Origin: Vicinamibacteria bacterium
GTDB taxonomy: Bacteria; Acidobacteriota; Vicinamibacteria; Marinacidobacterales; Marinacidobacteraceae
NCBI GenBank assembly: GCA_964291235.2
Contig: OZ219816.1
Location: forward strand, 96,001 to 160,000
Length of the DNA stretch: 64,000 bases
Direction: 5' to 3'
Part shown: in pieces, positions 38,031 through 48,759 of the stretch
Layout: each line of letters begins with the position of its first letter
How positions within the stretch are numbered: position 1 is the first letter of the stretch
Translations under genes and position numbers: made by a program
Notes under the pieces: model-generated
Databases searched by the model: none
What the model was told of the DNA's origin: nothing
Seen by the model: the letters and a program-made list of their open reading frames with translations, nothing else

Positions 38031-39020
38031 CTATCCGGCGAGCACTGCCTCGGCGCCGCGAGGCGACCCCTGAGCCCCGGGGAGGGCAACCAGATCACGG
38101 GCTCGCGCCACATCGATTTCGAGCTGTCGGCGCAGGGACCCGGACCCGGAAAAGGTCTGGATCGCTCGCAGTTGGGACAAGAAGCGGATGCGAAGGTGCG
38201 TCACGTCTCCGGAAAACCCCATCAAGTGCGCCTCGAGAGAAACGGAGTCGCGGAACGTTGGCCGCGGGCCATAGTGAACCACCGCCCGGAAGAGCCGACC
38301 ATCGGAAGCGGTGACCGCGTCCGCGGCATAGACGCCGTGCGGCAGGAGCACATCGCCCTCCACAACCACGTTGGCCGTGGGGAAACCGAGACCGCGCCCC
38401 CGGCCACGCCCCGAAACCACGGGGCCCTCGATTTCATACGCCCATCCCAGAAGGTTGGTCGCGAGCTCGAGGTCGCCGGCAGCCAGCGCCTGGCGAATCC
38501 GGGTGGAAGACACGATCTGCCCTTCCCAAGTCACCGATGGCGCTTCAATCACACAAAACCCGTGGCGCTCGCCAAGAGCGCGGAGGGTCGCCAGGCTTCC
38601 CGTCCGGCCGCGGCCAAATCGAAAATTCGCCCCCTGGACCACGGTGGCGGCTCCGAGCCGGCCGAGCAGCAAACGCTCGACAAAGTCGTCCGGCGATGTC
38701 TGCGCCATCTCCTTGCCGAACTCGAGGATGACGAGACGTTCCACTCCGGCGGCGGCGAGCCGCTCGACCTTCAGCGCCAGGCTGGTGATCGTTCGGGGCG
38801 CCTGCTCAGGACGCAGCAAGCGGGCCGGATGGGGATCGAAGGTGACCGCGACGCACGCCGCCCGGTGTCTTGAGGCTTCCTGCCGGGCCAGGTCCAGGCC
38901 CGCCTGGTGACCCCGGTGGACCCCGTCGAAGTTACCGACCGCGACCACCGACGACCCGGCCGAAGCGACGGGTCCAGACCTGCCGGCCGGCGGCAGCGCG
39001 CTGAGCCGCTCGATTCTCAT
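38031..39020 (-). CDS. ribF: Bifunctional riboflavin kinase/FAD synthetase
   Basis: GNFDGVHRGH, TFDPHP, VSSTRIR, GRGLGFPTAN and EAH. Confidence 0.95.
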   Translation of the reverse strand: MRIERLSALPPAGRSGPVASAGSSVVAVGNFDGVHRGHQAGLDLARQEASRHRAACVAVTFDPHPARLLRPEQAPRTITSLALKVERLAAAGVERLVILEFGKEMAQTSPDDFVERLLLGRLGAATVVQGANFRFGRGRTGSLATLRALGERHGFCVIEAPSVTWEGQIVSSTRIRQALAAGDLELATNLLGWAYEIEGPVVSGRGRGRGLGFPTANVVVEGDVLLPHGVYAADAVTASDGRLFRAVVHYGPRPTFRDSVSLEAHLMGFSGDVTHLRIRFLSQLRAIQTFSGSGSLRRQLEIDVARARDLVALPGAQGSPRGAEAVLAG

Positions 39021-39493
39021 TTGCCGGGCGCCTGCGCGCGTTCCATGTAAACAATCCGCAGCTCGTAGAGCGCCTTGGAGACCAGGCGCACATCACCGGG
39101 AGCGAGACGACCCCTGGTCTTCTCTTCGATGACCTCCAGCAGGCCAATGACCGTCTGAATCCCCTGCAGCGCTTCGGCGCGCTGGGGCCCGCCGCCCGAC
39201 CCCGGCGTTTCGTTCGGGTCTTCCATCCGCTCCAGGAGCATCGCCGCCTGCGAAATGAGCAGGGAAACGAGTTGCTTGAAACGATGATCCTCCTCCAGTC
39301 CGGAATCCGGTTCGGAAGCCGGCGCCGGAGTCCCGGGGCGGGCGCCTTCCGACGGTTTCGGGGCCGCCCCCAGCGACTCCGTGGCAGCGGGTGACTCCTC
39401 GCGCGGCTCGGCGTCCGCGCGCCGGGAGCCGTCGGATGCGAAGGCGCGCCGGTCCCGGACAACGATCCGCGGGTTACGCTCCTCTTCGCTCAT
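39017..39493 (-). CDS. DUF1844-like protein
   Basis: VRDRRAF N-terminus; IGLLEVIEEKTRGRL...LYELRIVY. Confidence 0.75.
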   Translation of the reverse strand: MSEEERNPRIVVRDRRAFASDGSRRADAEPREESPAATESLGAAPKPSEGARPGTPAPASEPDSGLEEDHRFKQLVSLLISQAAMLLERMEDPNETPGSGGGPQRAEALQGIQTVIGLLEVIEEKTRGRLAPGDVRLVSKALYELRIVYMERAQAPGK

Positions 39494-39632
39494 CGGGTGT
39501 CGGGGCCGCTCCCAGGAGCGGCTCTCCTACCGGAATCCTATTGTCCCGCCGCACGCTCTGCGAGCCCCGCGGTGTCTTGAATCGCCTGCTCGGCGCGCGG
39601 ACAATCGCAACCCGAAGCCCACCCGCGCCCCC

Positions 39633-40340
39633 ATGAAGAAACCGAGCGAATCCGCCAACAGCTCCGAAGTCGCGGCCGGGGGCGCCGCCGCCGTCGCCGA
39701 ACTGTTGGGGGTCATGGCGAAGCTGCGCAGCGAGGAGGGTTGTCCCTGGGACCGGGAACAGACCTGGAATTCGCTCCGCCGATACGTGCTCGAGGAGGCG
39801 CATGAACTGGTGGATGCCGTGGATCGGGAGGATCCGGCGGCCGTCCTTGAGGAATGCGGCGATGTGCTCCTCGAAGTGGTCTTCATGGCTCAGATCGCCC
39901 ACGAGGAAGGACGCTTCGGTATGGAGGAGGTGGCTCGCGGAATCACTCGCAAGCTGATCCGCCGCCACCCCCACGTCTTCGGGGACGAGGGGCGCGCCGC
40001 GGACGCGGGCGAAGCGCTCGCCCGCTGGGAATCGATCAAGGCGACCGAAAAGGCCCAGCGCGCGGCACCAGGAGATTCCCTGCCGCGGGGGCTGCCGGCG
40101 CTGTTGGTCGCGATGAAAGCGATCGAACGGACGAACGCCCCCGGCTCGGACGCGGGAAGCGCCGAGGACGGCATTCGGCGCGCCGGCGGCCGGCTGGAAG
40201 CGGCTCGCCGAATGGGAAATCGGGGTGAACTCGAGATGGCCCTCGGAGACCTCCTGCTGGCGGTGGCGCGGGCGGCCCGCGAAGATGGCCTGGATCCGGA
40301 ATCGGCGCTTCGAAACGCCGTCCGCCGAATGTCAGGCTGA
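39633..40340 (+). CDS. mazG: MazG nucleoside triphosphate pyrophosphohydrolase
   Basis: LRSEEGCPWDREQT, EEAHE, EECGD and KLIRRHPHVF. Confidence 0.9.
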   Translation: MKKPSESANSSEVAAGGAAAVAELLGVMAKLRSEEGCPWDREQTWNSLRRYVLEEAHELVDAVDREDPAAVLEECGDVLLEVVFMAQIAHEEGRFGMEEVARGITRKLIRRHPHVFGDEGRAADAGEALARWESIKATEKAQRAAPGDSLPRGLPALLVAMKAIERTNAPGSDAGSAEDGIRRAGGRLEAARRMGNRGELEMALGDLLLAVARAAREDGLDPESALRNAVRRMSG

Positions 40341-40341
40341 G

Positions 40342-42849
40342 CTACCAGGGATCCGCGGCGCGAGACCGGAAAGTGGTCACCTCGAGGCGGCCGTCCGGGC
40401 CAATCGCAACGGTCACCGCGCCGAACCGGTCCGTTCGGTAAACCCGGGCACCGCTTCTCCGGAGGCGTTCCAGAACTCCCGTGTCGGGGAGGCGGCGCCT
40501 CGAATCGGCGCGGACCGACACCAGAGCCACCGCGGGGTTCACTTTCGCCAGAAAGTCCGGCGTGGTGGAAAACCGGCTGCCGTGATGGCCCACCTTGAGC
40601 ACGTCGGCGCGCAGCGCGGCTCCGTAACGGGCGGCCAGCTCCCGCTCGGTCGCCGCGCCGGCGTCTCCCGTGAGCAGCAGCCGCCGGCCGGCGTAGTCCA
40701 CCGCCAGCACCACCGAGCGTTCATTGGAACGCTGCTCGCGCCCCGCACCGTGGTCTCCGGCGAGCAACACCGAGAATCGGGCGCCGCCCCGCTCGAACCG
40801 CGCCCCGGCCCGCAGACGCCGGATGCGAATCCCCCGCCGCTCCCTTTCGGCGCGCAGCGCGCGGACGGCGGGCCGCTGATCCTCGGTCGTACCGCGTCCT
40901 TCCCAGATCTCGTCCACCCGGAAATCGCGGAAGACAGCGGGGAACCCTCCGACGTGATCCAGATCGCCATGCGTCGGAACCACGGCCGCGAGCTTCCGGT
41001 ACCCCATTTCCGCCAGGAACGGGGCGACGACCGCCTCGCCGGCGCTCCAGCCGCCAAAGGCGGTTCCCGCGTCGAGGAGAACGGCTTCCCCGCTGGGGAG
41101 GGAAAGCAGGAGCGCGTCGCCCATTCCCACATCCAGCGCGGTGAGCCGAAGGGCGCCGTCCGCCGGCCCGGCGCGGGGCAAGGTGGCGAGCGCGAGGAAA
41201 ACCAGGCCAACCGCCGGCAGGACCCGCCGGCCTCCCCGCAGCACCAGGGCGATGATCGCGAGCCCCAACCAGATGACGAGCCAGGCAAATCCGGGACGCG
41301 CCACGGGGAAGGCGCCGAAAGGAAGGGCAGCGCCCCACTCGCTGAGCCCGATGAGCGCCTCCGTGGAGAGCGTGAGGAGTGCTCCGACGGCGTCTCCCGG
41401 TGATCCGGTTTTCGCCAGCGCCAGCCAGCCGAATCCGAAACCGAGGACCGGCCCCGCCAGCAGGCCGGAGGGAACGGCAACGAGCAGCCCGCCGAAGACC
41501 ACGCGGCCGAAATGCCAGGCAATGATGGGGAAGGTAGCGAGCTGCGCGGCCAGGGTGACCGCCAGCGGAGCCAGGATCCAGGCCCGCCAGCGCGCCGGAG
41601 GATCCCAGGAGATTTCCGCCGGGTCCCGCCGGCGGCAAGCCGCAATGATCGCGAGGGTCGCCGCGAAGCTGAGCTGGAAGCCGACGTCGAGCGCGTTCCA
41701 GGGGGAATGGGCGAGGAGTACGAACGCCGCCAGCCCCAGACCGTTCAGGGCGTGCCCGGAGAGTCCCCGGCTGAGTCCCAGGATCACCACGGACGCCATC
41801 AGAACAGCCCGGACGACGGAGGGTCGCCCGCCACAGAGGGCGGCGTAGAGCGGCAAGAGGAACAGCACGATCAGGAGCGCCGTCCGCCGCGGCACGCCGG
41901 CCAGTACCAGGGTTCCATAGACCAGCAGGCTGAAGAGGCCCACATGGAGGCCGCTCACCGCCATCAGATGGAGCGTCCCGGCGTCGCGAAAGGCCCGCTC
42001 CGTCTCGGGCGGCGCGAGCGCGCGATCGCCGATGAGCATCGCGTTGAGGACCGCCAGGACATCGTCTTTGAACCCGCCCTCCCGGAGGCGCTCCCGGATC
42101 CCGGCCCGCAGACGCTGGACGGCTCGCCAGGGCGCGGGGCCGGGCGCGACTTCCCGCACCAGGAGGCCACTCTTGGTGGATCCGAAGAGCGCCACCTTTC
42201 CCCGCACCTCCCGGCCGCCCGGATTCCCCGCAGGGCGTGGCTCGGCAACCCGCGCCCAGAGGGCTACGCGCGTTCCCCGCGCAAACCGGCGGAGGCGATC
42301 GCGGTGACCCCCATCCACGGTGATCCGGACCTCCCCGCGGGCCTCCGACTCCTGGCGGTTGGCGCCGAAGCTCTCCACCTCGAGGGCGAGCGAGGTGCGG
42401 CGGCCGGAGTCTTCCGGCTCGCCGAGCAGGATCCCCTCGAGTTGCACGGGGCGTGTAAGGCGCTCCGAACCGAGCGCCCGAACGGCTCCGGCAAGCGAGG
42501 ACTCCGAGCCCGGGAGCGGCCGGCAGAGGATTCCCGCAATGAAGGCGGCGAGCAGCAGGAAAACCGTTTTCGCGCTACGGGAGAGCCCGAGGCGCCGGCG
42601 CGTCCCCCGCCGCCCGGAAGAACTTCCGGGGAGCAGGCCCGGAACGAGCAGGCCGGTGCCGATGAGGAACAACACCGCCACCGGGAACCCCGGCCAGTGC
42701 GGTGGCCCGGGCATCGCCGCCGACGCGCTGATGCCTCCCCAAAATGCCGTCGCCAGCAGGAGCAGGGGGGCGGAAGCCGCACCCCCGAGACGGGTTGCCG
42801 CGGCAGGCTCGGCCCGGGTCCTGGCGAGGTGGGGATCCATGATCTCCAC
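40342..42849 (-). CDS. comEC: DNA internalization competence protein ComEC/Rec2
   Basis: HLMAVSGLH, PSVVRA and GFQLSF; MBL domain LDVGMGD, THGDLDH, LLTGD, VGHHGS. Confidence 0.93.
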   Translation of the reverse strand: MEIMDPHLARTRAEPAAATRLGGAASAPLLLLATAFWGGISASAAMPGPPHWPGFPVAVLFLIGTGLLVPGLLPGSSSGRRGTRRRLGLSRSAKTVFLLLAAFIAGILCRPLPGSESSLAGAVRALGSERLTRPVQLEGILLGEPEDSGRRTSLALEVESFGANRQESEARGEVRITVDGGHRDRLRRFARGTRVALWARVAEPRPAGNPGGREVRGKVALFGSTKSGLLVREVAPGPAPWRAVQRLRAGIRERLREGGFKDDVLAVLNAMLIGDRALAPPETERAFRDAGTLHLMAVSGLHVGLFSLLVYGTLVLAGVPRRTALLIVLFLLPLYAALCGGRPSVVRAVLMASVVILGLSRGLSGHALNGLGLAAFVLLAHSPWNALDVGFQLSFAATLAIIAACRRRDPAEISWDPPARWRAWILAPLAVTLAAQLATFPIIAWHFGRVVFGGLLVAVPSGLLAGPVLGFGFGWLALAKTGSPGDAVGALLTLSTEALIGLSEWGAALPFGAFPVARPGFAWLVIWLGLAIIALVLRGGRRVLPAVGLVFLALATLPRAGPADGALRLTALDVGMGDALLLSLPSGEAVLLDAGTAFGGWSAGEAVVAPFLAEMGYRKLAAVVPTHGDLDHVGGFPAVFRDFRVDEIWEGRGTTEDQRPAVRALRAERERRGIRIRRLRAGARFERGGARFSVLLAGDHGAGREQRSNERSVVLAVDYAGRRLLLTGDAGAATERELAARYGAALRADVLKVGHHGSRFSTTPDFLAKVNPAVALVSVRADSRRRLPDTGVLERLRRSGARVYRTDRFGAVTVAIGPDGRLEVTTFRSRAADPW

Positions 42850-42863
42850 CCGAGTCCGCCGCG

Positions 42864-43538
42864 CTAGTCGAGTCGGGCGGGGGGTCCCAGCCCGAACACC
42901 TGCTCTACCCGGCGCCGAACCGCCTGTTCAAAGGTCTCTCGCCAGGTGGACTCCGGCATGCGCGCCCGATAGGGAGCGAGTTTCTGTCGCACCTCGCTCT
43001 CGATCTCCTCGCGAGCCTCGGCGGAGAGCGCCGCCGCGAACCGGGCCAGCAGGTCTTTCTGAATCGCCTTCAGCGCCTTCGCGGTGTCGGCCGAAGCGCC
43101 CGGGGCGGCGCCCAGCCGCTCCATTCGGGCAGCCGCTTGGCGAGCCGCGGTGACCAGATCACCGGCAGTCCCCGGATTCACGACCGGCCCTCTCTCCGGG
43201 GACCACTCCCGCAGGCGATCCACAAGCCGGTCGGGGTCATTGCCGGTCCCGGCTTCAGGGCGCGGGGGCACGGCGGCGCCCGCCTTCCGCAGGCGCTTCG
43301 CATCGAACGCCGCCTCGACCTCCCGGGTGCATTCCCCGAGCGGCATCCGGGCAGATACCCGCGTCCGTCCCGAGAATGCGGCGCGGATCCCGGAGAGCAC
43401 GACCTCGAGAGGAATCCCCCGTTTCTCCCAGCGGCTCACCACGTCCCAATCGGCCGGGGTAAGGGTCAGCCCTCCGCGGAGATCCAGAAAGGTCCGCTCG
43501 ACGGTCCGAAAGTAGTCGGGAGCGGCCGGCCGGGTCAT
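42864..43538 (-). CDS. Conserved hypothetical helical protein
   Basis: DYFRTVERTFLDLRG..LTPADW.VVSRWEKRGIPLEVVLSGI; translationally coupled to birA (ATGA). Confidence 0.7.
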   Translation of the reverse strand: MTRPAAPDYFRTVERTFLDLRGGLTLTPADWDVVSRWEKRGIPLEVVLSGIRAAFSGRTRVSARMPLGECTREVEAAFDAKRLRKAGAAVPPRPEAGTGNDPDRLVDRLREWSPERGPVVNPGTAGDLVTAARQAAARMERLGAAPGASADTAKALKAIQKDLLARFAAALSAEAREEIESEVRQKLAPYRARMPESTWRETFEQAVRRRVEQVFGLGPPARLD

Positions 43539-44449
43539 GCCGGCCGGGTTCCTGGAGCCGATCCGGGACGCTGCCTCGCATGAAGGATCCGCACGGCCTC
43601 GCTTGCGGTGATCACCTGGATTCCGCCGCCCGGAGTCCGCACCTGCAGAGCGCCTGCCGGGGCCAACCCGCCAGTCTCGCCGCGGACCGCTCGGGCGCCA
43701 CGCAGCCGCACCTCACAGGGGCACCCCCGGGCCGTGGGACTGAGCGACTCCCAGGCTCCCCGGAGCGCCACCGCGTCCGCTGCCAGAAGACCCACGGCCC
43801 GGTGCAGGGAAGCCACCAGGGCGCACGCCAGTTCGATCCGATCGACGCCCGGCGGCAGCCAGCCCGGCGGCCGCGCACCGGGAGGGAGCGCGGGCCGGGC
43901 GGCATTCCGGCCCCCGGTTGTGGAGAGCGCAACCGGGGCCAGATTGACGCCGAAACCGACAACCGCCAATTGCGGGGAGTCGCGCCGAAATCCAATTTCG
44001 GCCAGCACGCCCGCCACCTTCCTGCCGTCCCAATCCAGATCGTTCGGCCACCGGATCTCGGCAGGAACTCCGGCGATCTGCCGCACCGCCCGCGCGAGGG
44101 CGACGCCCGCGGCCAGCGGCAGCAGCGACCACGCGCTGTTTGGGCTCCCGCCCATTCCCGGTGGGGGTTCGACCAGGGCGCTCAGATAGAGCCCGCCGGG
44201 CGGAGACACCCAGGTCCGCCCGAAACGGCCCCTCCCATGGGTCTGCGACCCAGCGACGAAGACGCTTCCCCCACGGCGAACCGGCCCGGCGTCCAGCGCT
44301 GTCGCCTTCGCGAGGTCGTTCGTGGAGGAGACGCGTTCCCAGATGCCGACGAACGGCGGTGGAGTTCCGGTGGCGGTGCGGATGGCGGCCGCGAGGGGGC
44401 TCGGCGCGCACCTGGAACCGGAGGGCTCGGTGGCAGTCAACTCCGGCAT
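43535..44449 (-). CDS. birA: Biotin--[acetyl-CoA-carboxylase] ligase
   Basis: SSTND, QTHGRGRFGRTW, RWPND and KVAGVL; no N-terminal HTH. Confidence 0.88.
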   Translation of the reverse strand: MPELTATEPSGSRCAPSPLAAAIRTATGTPPPFVGIWERVSSTNDLAKATALDAGPVRRGGSVFVAGSQTHGRGRFGRTWVSPPGGLYLSALVEPPPGMGGSPNSAWSLLPLAAGVALARAVRQIAGVPAEIRWPNDLDWDGRKVAGVLAEIGFRRDSPQLAVVGFGVNLAPVALSTTGGRNAARPALPPGARPPGWLPPGVDRIELACALVASLHRAVGLLAADAVALRGAWESLSPTARGCPCEVRLRGARAVRGETGGLAPAGALQVRTPGGGIQVITASEAVRILHARQRPGSAPGTRPA

Positions 44450-44490
44450 TGCGGAAGCAGGCACTGTCGCTCCCGTCCGCAAAGAGCCCG

Positions 44491-44943
44491 TCAGGAACGG
44501 TAGAGCGCCCGCCGGCGGCGAAGTTCGGCGAGTCGCGACCCGAGAGTCCGCGCCGCCTCGGAAGTCGGCGTGTCGGGACCGAATACCTGGGCAACGCCCA
44601 TTTCGCAAAGATCGCCTACGTCCCGATCGGGAATGAGGCCGCCCACAAACACCGGAACGTCGCCGAGTCCGCGCTCGGAGAGCCCCTCCAGGATCCGCCG
44701 GACCAACGGACGGTGGGCGCCCGAGAGAATGGAGACGCCGACCGCCTCCACATCTTCCTGGAGCGCGGCCTCGACAATCTCCTCGGGAGTTCTCCGGAGC
44801 CCGGTATAGATGACTTCGAAGCCGGCGTCCCGAAGTGCCCTCGCGACCACGAGCGCGCCCCGGTCGTGCCCGTCGAGTCCCGGCTTCGCGACCAGGATCC
44901 GGTATGGCGGACTGGCCGCCAGATTGTTCGCGGTTTCGGTCAC
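44491..44943 (-). CDS. Stand-alone cobalamin-binding subunit of an acyl-CoA mutase
   Basis: [10 protein letters not shown] (DxHxxG), SILSGAH and GGLIP. Confidence 0.93.
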   Translation of the reverse strand: MTETANNLAASPPYRILVAKPGLDGHDRGALVVARALRDAGFEVIYTGLRRTPEEIVEAALQEDVEAVGVSILSGAHRPLVRRILEGLSERGLGDVPVFVGGLIPDRDVGDLCEMGVAQVFGPDTPTSEAARTLGSRLAELRRRRALYRS

Positions 44944-47900
44944 ATCGCGCGGCGGTAGCGGCCGCCGACCTCGTACAGCGCTCCCGTGATCTGGCCGAGA
45001 CTGGCGACCTTCACGGTCTCCATCAACTCGGCGAAGACATTGCCGCCCGTGCGGGCAACCTCCTGAAGCCTGCGGAGCGCCTCCGGGGCCTCATCGCGGT
45101 GCCGGCTACGGAAGTCCTCGACACGCGCCACCTGCGCCTCTTTCTCGGCCGGGGTCGCCCGGGCGAGGGGTACCTGTTCCGGCGATGTCGCTTCCGACTC
45201 GGCCAGGAAAGTGTTCACTCCGATGATGGGGATCTCGCCGGAGTCCTTCCGCGTCTCGTAGAGCAAGGACTCTTCCTGAATCCGATTCCGCTGGTACTGA
45301 CGCTCCATCGCCGCCAACACACCGCCCCGGGCGTTGAGGCGGTCGAACTCCGCAAGTACCGCTTCTTCCACGAGATCCGTAAGCTGGGCGACGACGAACG
45401 ACCCCGAGAGAGGGTTCTCGTTCCACGCCATCCCGAACTCGGCGCGGATGATCTTCTGGATTGCCACCGCCCGGCGCACCGACTCGGGAGTGGGTGTCGT
45501 AATGGCCTCGTCGTATGCATTCGTGTGCAGCGAGTTGCAGTTGTCGTTGGTCGCGATGAGCGCCTGCAGCGTCGTCCGGATGTCGTTGAACTGCACTTCC
45601 TGGGCGTGGAGCGACCGGCCCGATGTCTGGATGTGGACCTTGAATTTCTGGCTGCGCTCCCCGGCTCCATAGCGGAGTTTCATGGCGCGCGCCCAGATTC
45701 GGCGAGCCACCCGGGCCATGACCGCGTACTCGGGATCGAGCCCGTTGCTGAAGAAGAAGGAGAGGTTCGGTGCGAAGGCGTCCACCGGAAGGCCCCGGGC
45801 CAGGTAGTACTCGACGTAGGTGAAACCGTTGGCCAGGGTGAAGGCGAGTTGGGTGATGGGATTCGCTCCGGCTTCGGCGATGTGGTAGCCGGAAATGGAG
45901 ACCGAATAGAAGTTGCGAACGCGTCGCTGTATGAAGAACTCCTGGACATCTCCCATCAGTCGGAGCGCGAAACCGGTGGAGAAAATGCAGGTGTTCTGGG
46001 CCTGGTCCTCCTTCAGGATGTCCGCCTGCACCGTGCCGCGGACCGCCTGCAGCGCCCCCGCCTTCAGTTCCTCGGCCTCTTCGGGTGAGGGCGGGCGCCC
46101 GCGCTGGTCCTCGAAAGCGCCGAGTTCCTGCAGGATCGCGGCGTTCAGGAACATCGCCAGAATCACCGGCGCCGGGCCGTTGATGGTCATGGAAACGCTG
46201 GTGGCCGGATCGGTGAGGCGGAATCCCTCGAACAGCTCGCACATGTCGTCGAGGGTCGCGATGGAGACCCCGCCCTCGCCGATCTTGCCGAAGATGTCGG
46301 GCCTCCGGGCCGGGTCATCTCCGTAGAGGGTCACGCTGTCGAAGGCCACCGAGAGCCGCGTCGCCGCTTCGGATTCCGCGAGCAGGTGGAACCTCTGGTT
46401 CGTCCGCGCCGGGCCGCCCTCTCCGGCGAACTGGCGCCTCGGGCTCTCCTCGTCCCGGCGGAACGGGAACACCCCAGCGGTGAACGGGTAGTGGCCGGGC
46501 AGGTTTTCGTCGAGAAGGAAACGAAGGGTGTCGCGGTCGCTTCCAAACCGCGGCAAGGCAACGCGCGGAATCTCCGTGCCGGCGAGCGTCTGCCGATGGG
46601 TGCTGAATTCGCGCATGCGGTCCCGCACTCGCGTCTGGTACCGCGGCGCCCGGTAACGGGCCGCCAGATCGGGCCACTCCGCCAGGAGTGCCCGGCTCTC
46701 GGTAGCGAGTTCCCGGTGCGCCTCACCGAGCCGCGCCTCCACCGCCTCGACGCCCTCATCAGCGTCCCCGGCGGCGCGAAGATCGGCAAGCGCGGCCTCC
46801 AGGTGCTCAACCCTGGCGGCCTGCTCCACCTGCTCGCCGATCCGGGCTTTTTCGCCGCGCAGGGTGTCGGCAATCTCCGCCAGGTACCCGGCTCGCGCCG
46901 GGGGAATGAGGCGCACGTCGGCCAGCAGGTCGTCCGGGCGCTCGTCGGCCGGGAACGGCAGGGAGGTTTCCGGGGAGGTTTCCGCGGAGATTTCCGCGCC
47001 CACAAGTCCATCGCGGACCACCGTGAAGAGGCCGTCGAGGCCCGGGTCCGCAAACCGGCTGGCCACCGTGGGGAGCACCGGCGCGGGGGCATGGCGCGGC
47101 AACGCCCGGGCTCGCCGGAACGCCCGGCGCACCGCAAAGAGAGCGTCCTCGGCTCCCGGATGGTCAGCCTTGTTCAAGGCCACGGCATCAGCGAGATCCA
47201 GCATGTCGATCTTTTCGAGCTGGGTCTCGGCGCCGTACTCGGAAGTCATCACGTAAAGCGAAAAATCGCTGATGTCCACGATCCGCGAGTCACCCTGTCC
47301 GATTCCGCCGGTCTCCACGACGAGCAGACCGCAGCCCGCGGCCCGCAGGATGAGAAGCGCATCGTCCACGACGGTCGCTAGTTCGGTCCCCGAGCGGCGG
47401 GTGGCCAGACTGCGCACGAACACCTCGTTTCCGCCAACCGCGTTCAACCGGATCCGATCGCCGAGGAGCGCGCCGCCGGTGCGTCGTTTCGAGGGATCCA
47501 CAGCCAGCACTCCGATCCGGCCCACCGGCCCGGAGCCCAGGTCGGGCCGCTCGGCACGGAACCTGAGGAGCAATTCGTCGAGGACCGAGCTCTTCCCCGC
47601 GCCTCCGGTACCCGTGATGCCGAGCACCGGAGCGCGGCAGCGGCCACGCTCCGCGAGCGCCGCCCGGTCGGCAGCCTCGAAACCCTCGTTTTCCGCGAAG
47701 CTGATCAGCCGGGCCGCGGCGCCATTGCGGCGCAGCGGATCGTCGCCGGCGAGGTCCTCGAGCAGCTCATCGAAAGGGCGCTGCGCACGCGCGGCGCGCG
47801 CCTCGGCGGCGTCGCGCAACATGTCGTCCACGACGCCCTCGATGCCGGTTACCCGGTCGTCGCTGGGAGAGTAGATTCGCGCCACGCCGTACGCCTCGAG

Positions 47901-48278
47901 GGCGGCGGCCTCGTGAGGGCGAATCACCCCTCCGCCCCCGCCGAATACGCGAACGTCGCCGCGGCCGGCCTCCCGCAGCAGGTCCACGAGATAGCGAAAG
48001 AACTCGTTGTGTCCTCCTTGATAGGAGGAGACGGCGATCGCGTCCGCATCCTCTTCGAGGGCGGCGGTGGCAATGTCGCCGGCCGAGCGGTTGTGCCCCA
48101 GATGAATGACTTCGGCGCCGCCCCGCTGCAGCAGGCGGCGAAACACGTGGATGGAGGCGTCGTGGCCGTCGAAGAGTGCGGTTCCGGTGACGAACCGGAG
48201 CGGAAGCTCGGCCAGGGGATCGAACCCAACCCGGGAAGCCGGCGATCCCGCCGGGGCAACACCGAACCGCGTGCTCAA
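44940..48278 (-). CDS. icmF: Fused isobutyryl-CoA mutase/MeaB-type GTPase
   Basis: B12 domain (FDGHDAS) + GTPase ([19 protein letters not shown]) + mutase barrel (RQFAGEG, SISGYH); TTG start with GGAGG RBS. Confidence 0.92.
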   Translation of the reverse strand: MSTRFGVAPAGSPASRVGFDPLAELPLRFVTGTALFDGHDASIHVFRRLLQRGGAEVIHLGHNRSAGDIATAALEEDADAIAVSSYQGGHNEFFRYLVDLLREAGRGDVRVFGGGGGVIRPHEAAALEAYGVARIYSPSDDRVTGIEGVVDDMLRDAAEARAARAQRPFDELLEDLAGDDPLRRNGAAARLISFAENEGFEAADRAALAERGRCRAPVLGITGTGGAGKSSVLDELLLRFRAERPDLGSGPVGRIGVLAVDPSKRRTGGALLGDRIRLNAVGGNEVFVRSLATRRSGTELATVVDDALLILRAAGCGLLVVETGGIGQGDSRIVDISDFSLYVMTSEYGAETQLEKIDMLDLADAVALNKADHPGAEDALFAVRRAFRRARALPRHAPAPVLPTVASRFADPGLDGLFTVVRDGLVGAEISAETSPETSLPFPADERPDDLLADVRLIPPARAGYLAEIADTLRGEKARIGEQVEQAARVEHLEAALADLRAAGDADEGVEAVEARLGEAHRELATESRALLAEWPDLAARYRAPRYQTRVRDRMREFSTHRQTLAGTEIPRVALPRFGSDRDTLRFLLDENLPGHYPFTAGVFPFRRDEESPRRQFAGEGGPARTNQRFHLLAESEAATRLSVAFDSVTLYGDDPARRPDIFGKIGEGGVSIATLDDMCELFEGFRLTDPATSVSMTINGPAPVILAMFLNAAILQELGAFEDQRGRPPSPEEAEELKAGALQAVRGTVQADILKEDQAQNTCIFSTGFALRLMGDVQEFFIQRRVRNFYSVSISGYHIAEAGANPITQLAFTLANGFTYVEYYLARGLPVDAFAPNLSFFFSNGLDPEYAVMARVARRIWARAMKLRYGAGERSQKFKVHIQTSGRSLHAQEVQFNDIRTTLQALIATNDNCNSLHTNAYDEAITTPTPESVRRAVAIQKIIRAEFGMAWNENPLSGSFVVAQLTDLVEEAVLAEFDRLNARGGVLAAMERQYQRNRIQEESLLYETRKDSGEIPIIGVNTFLAESEATSPEQVPLARATPAEKEAQVARVEDFRSRHRDEAPEALRRLQEVARTGGNVFAELMETVKVASLGQITGALYEVGGRYRRAM

Positions 48279-48438
48279 ATCAGACCTCCCGTGCCGACGA
48301 CTGGAAACGGCTCTTCGTGGACCGTAACACCCGGCGCGAGGCCACGCGAAGCGCCGCCCGATTCGAAGGCCGTGGATCGTGGACCTTCATGGCCCGCCAG
48401 ACGCCGGACCGCACCCCCGAGAGGAGACTCGCTTGCGG

Positions 48439-48759
48439 TTAGGCAGCTCCCACGGAGTCTTCGCCGGAGTCCGGATTGAGGCGATCGCGCAGCGCTTTCC
48501 CCGCCCGGAAGAACGGCACCCGCTTGGGGGGCACCATGATCTGCTCGCCGGTCCGCGGATTACGCGTGAGGCGCGCCTTGCGGCTACGCAGACGGAAGCT
48601 GCCGAATCCGCGAATCTCGACCTCGTCTCCCGAGCGCAAAGCCCCGGCGATCGCGTCGAAGACCGTCTCCACGATGAGGTCGGCTTCGCGACGCGTGATC
48701 CCCGTGGATTCCGATACCTCGGCGGCCAGGCGAGCGCGGGTGATGGCTGTGTCGTTCAC
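48439..48759 (-). CDS. ihfB: Integration host factor subunit beta / HU-family protein
   Basis: VEIRGFGSF, RNPRTG and FRAGK; lies directly after rpsA with a GTGA overlap. Confidence 0.8.
   Translation of the reverse strand: MNDTAITRARLAAEVSESTGITRREADLIVETVFDAIAGALRSGDEVEIRGFGSFRLRSRKARLTRNPRTGEQIMVPPKRVPFFRAGKALRDRLNPDSGEDSVGAA

Noticed and set aside
46968-47000. Short 12-bp repeats within icmF ([12 protein letters not shown]) and 9-bp repeats in the MFP tail (about 22454-22480)
   Set aside because: In-frame low-complexity linker expansions with no evidence of separate function.
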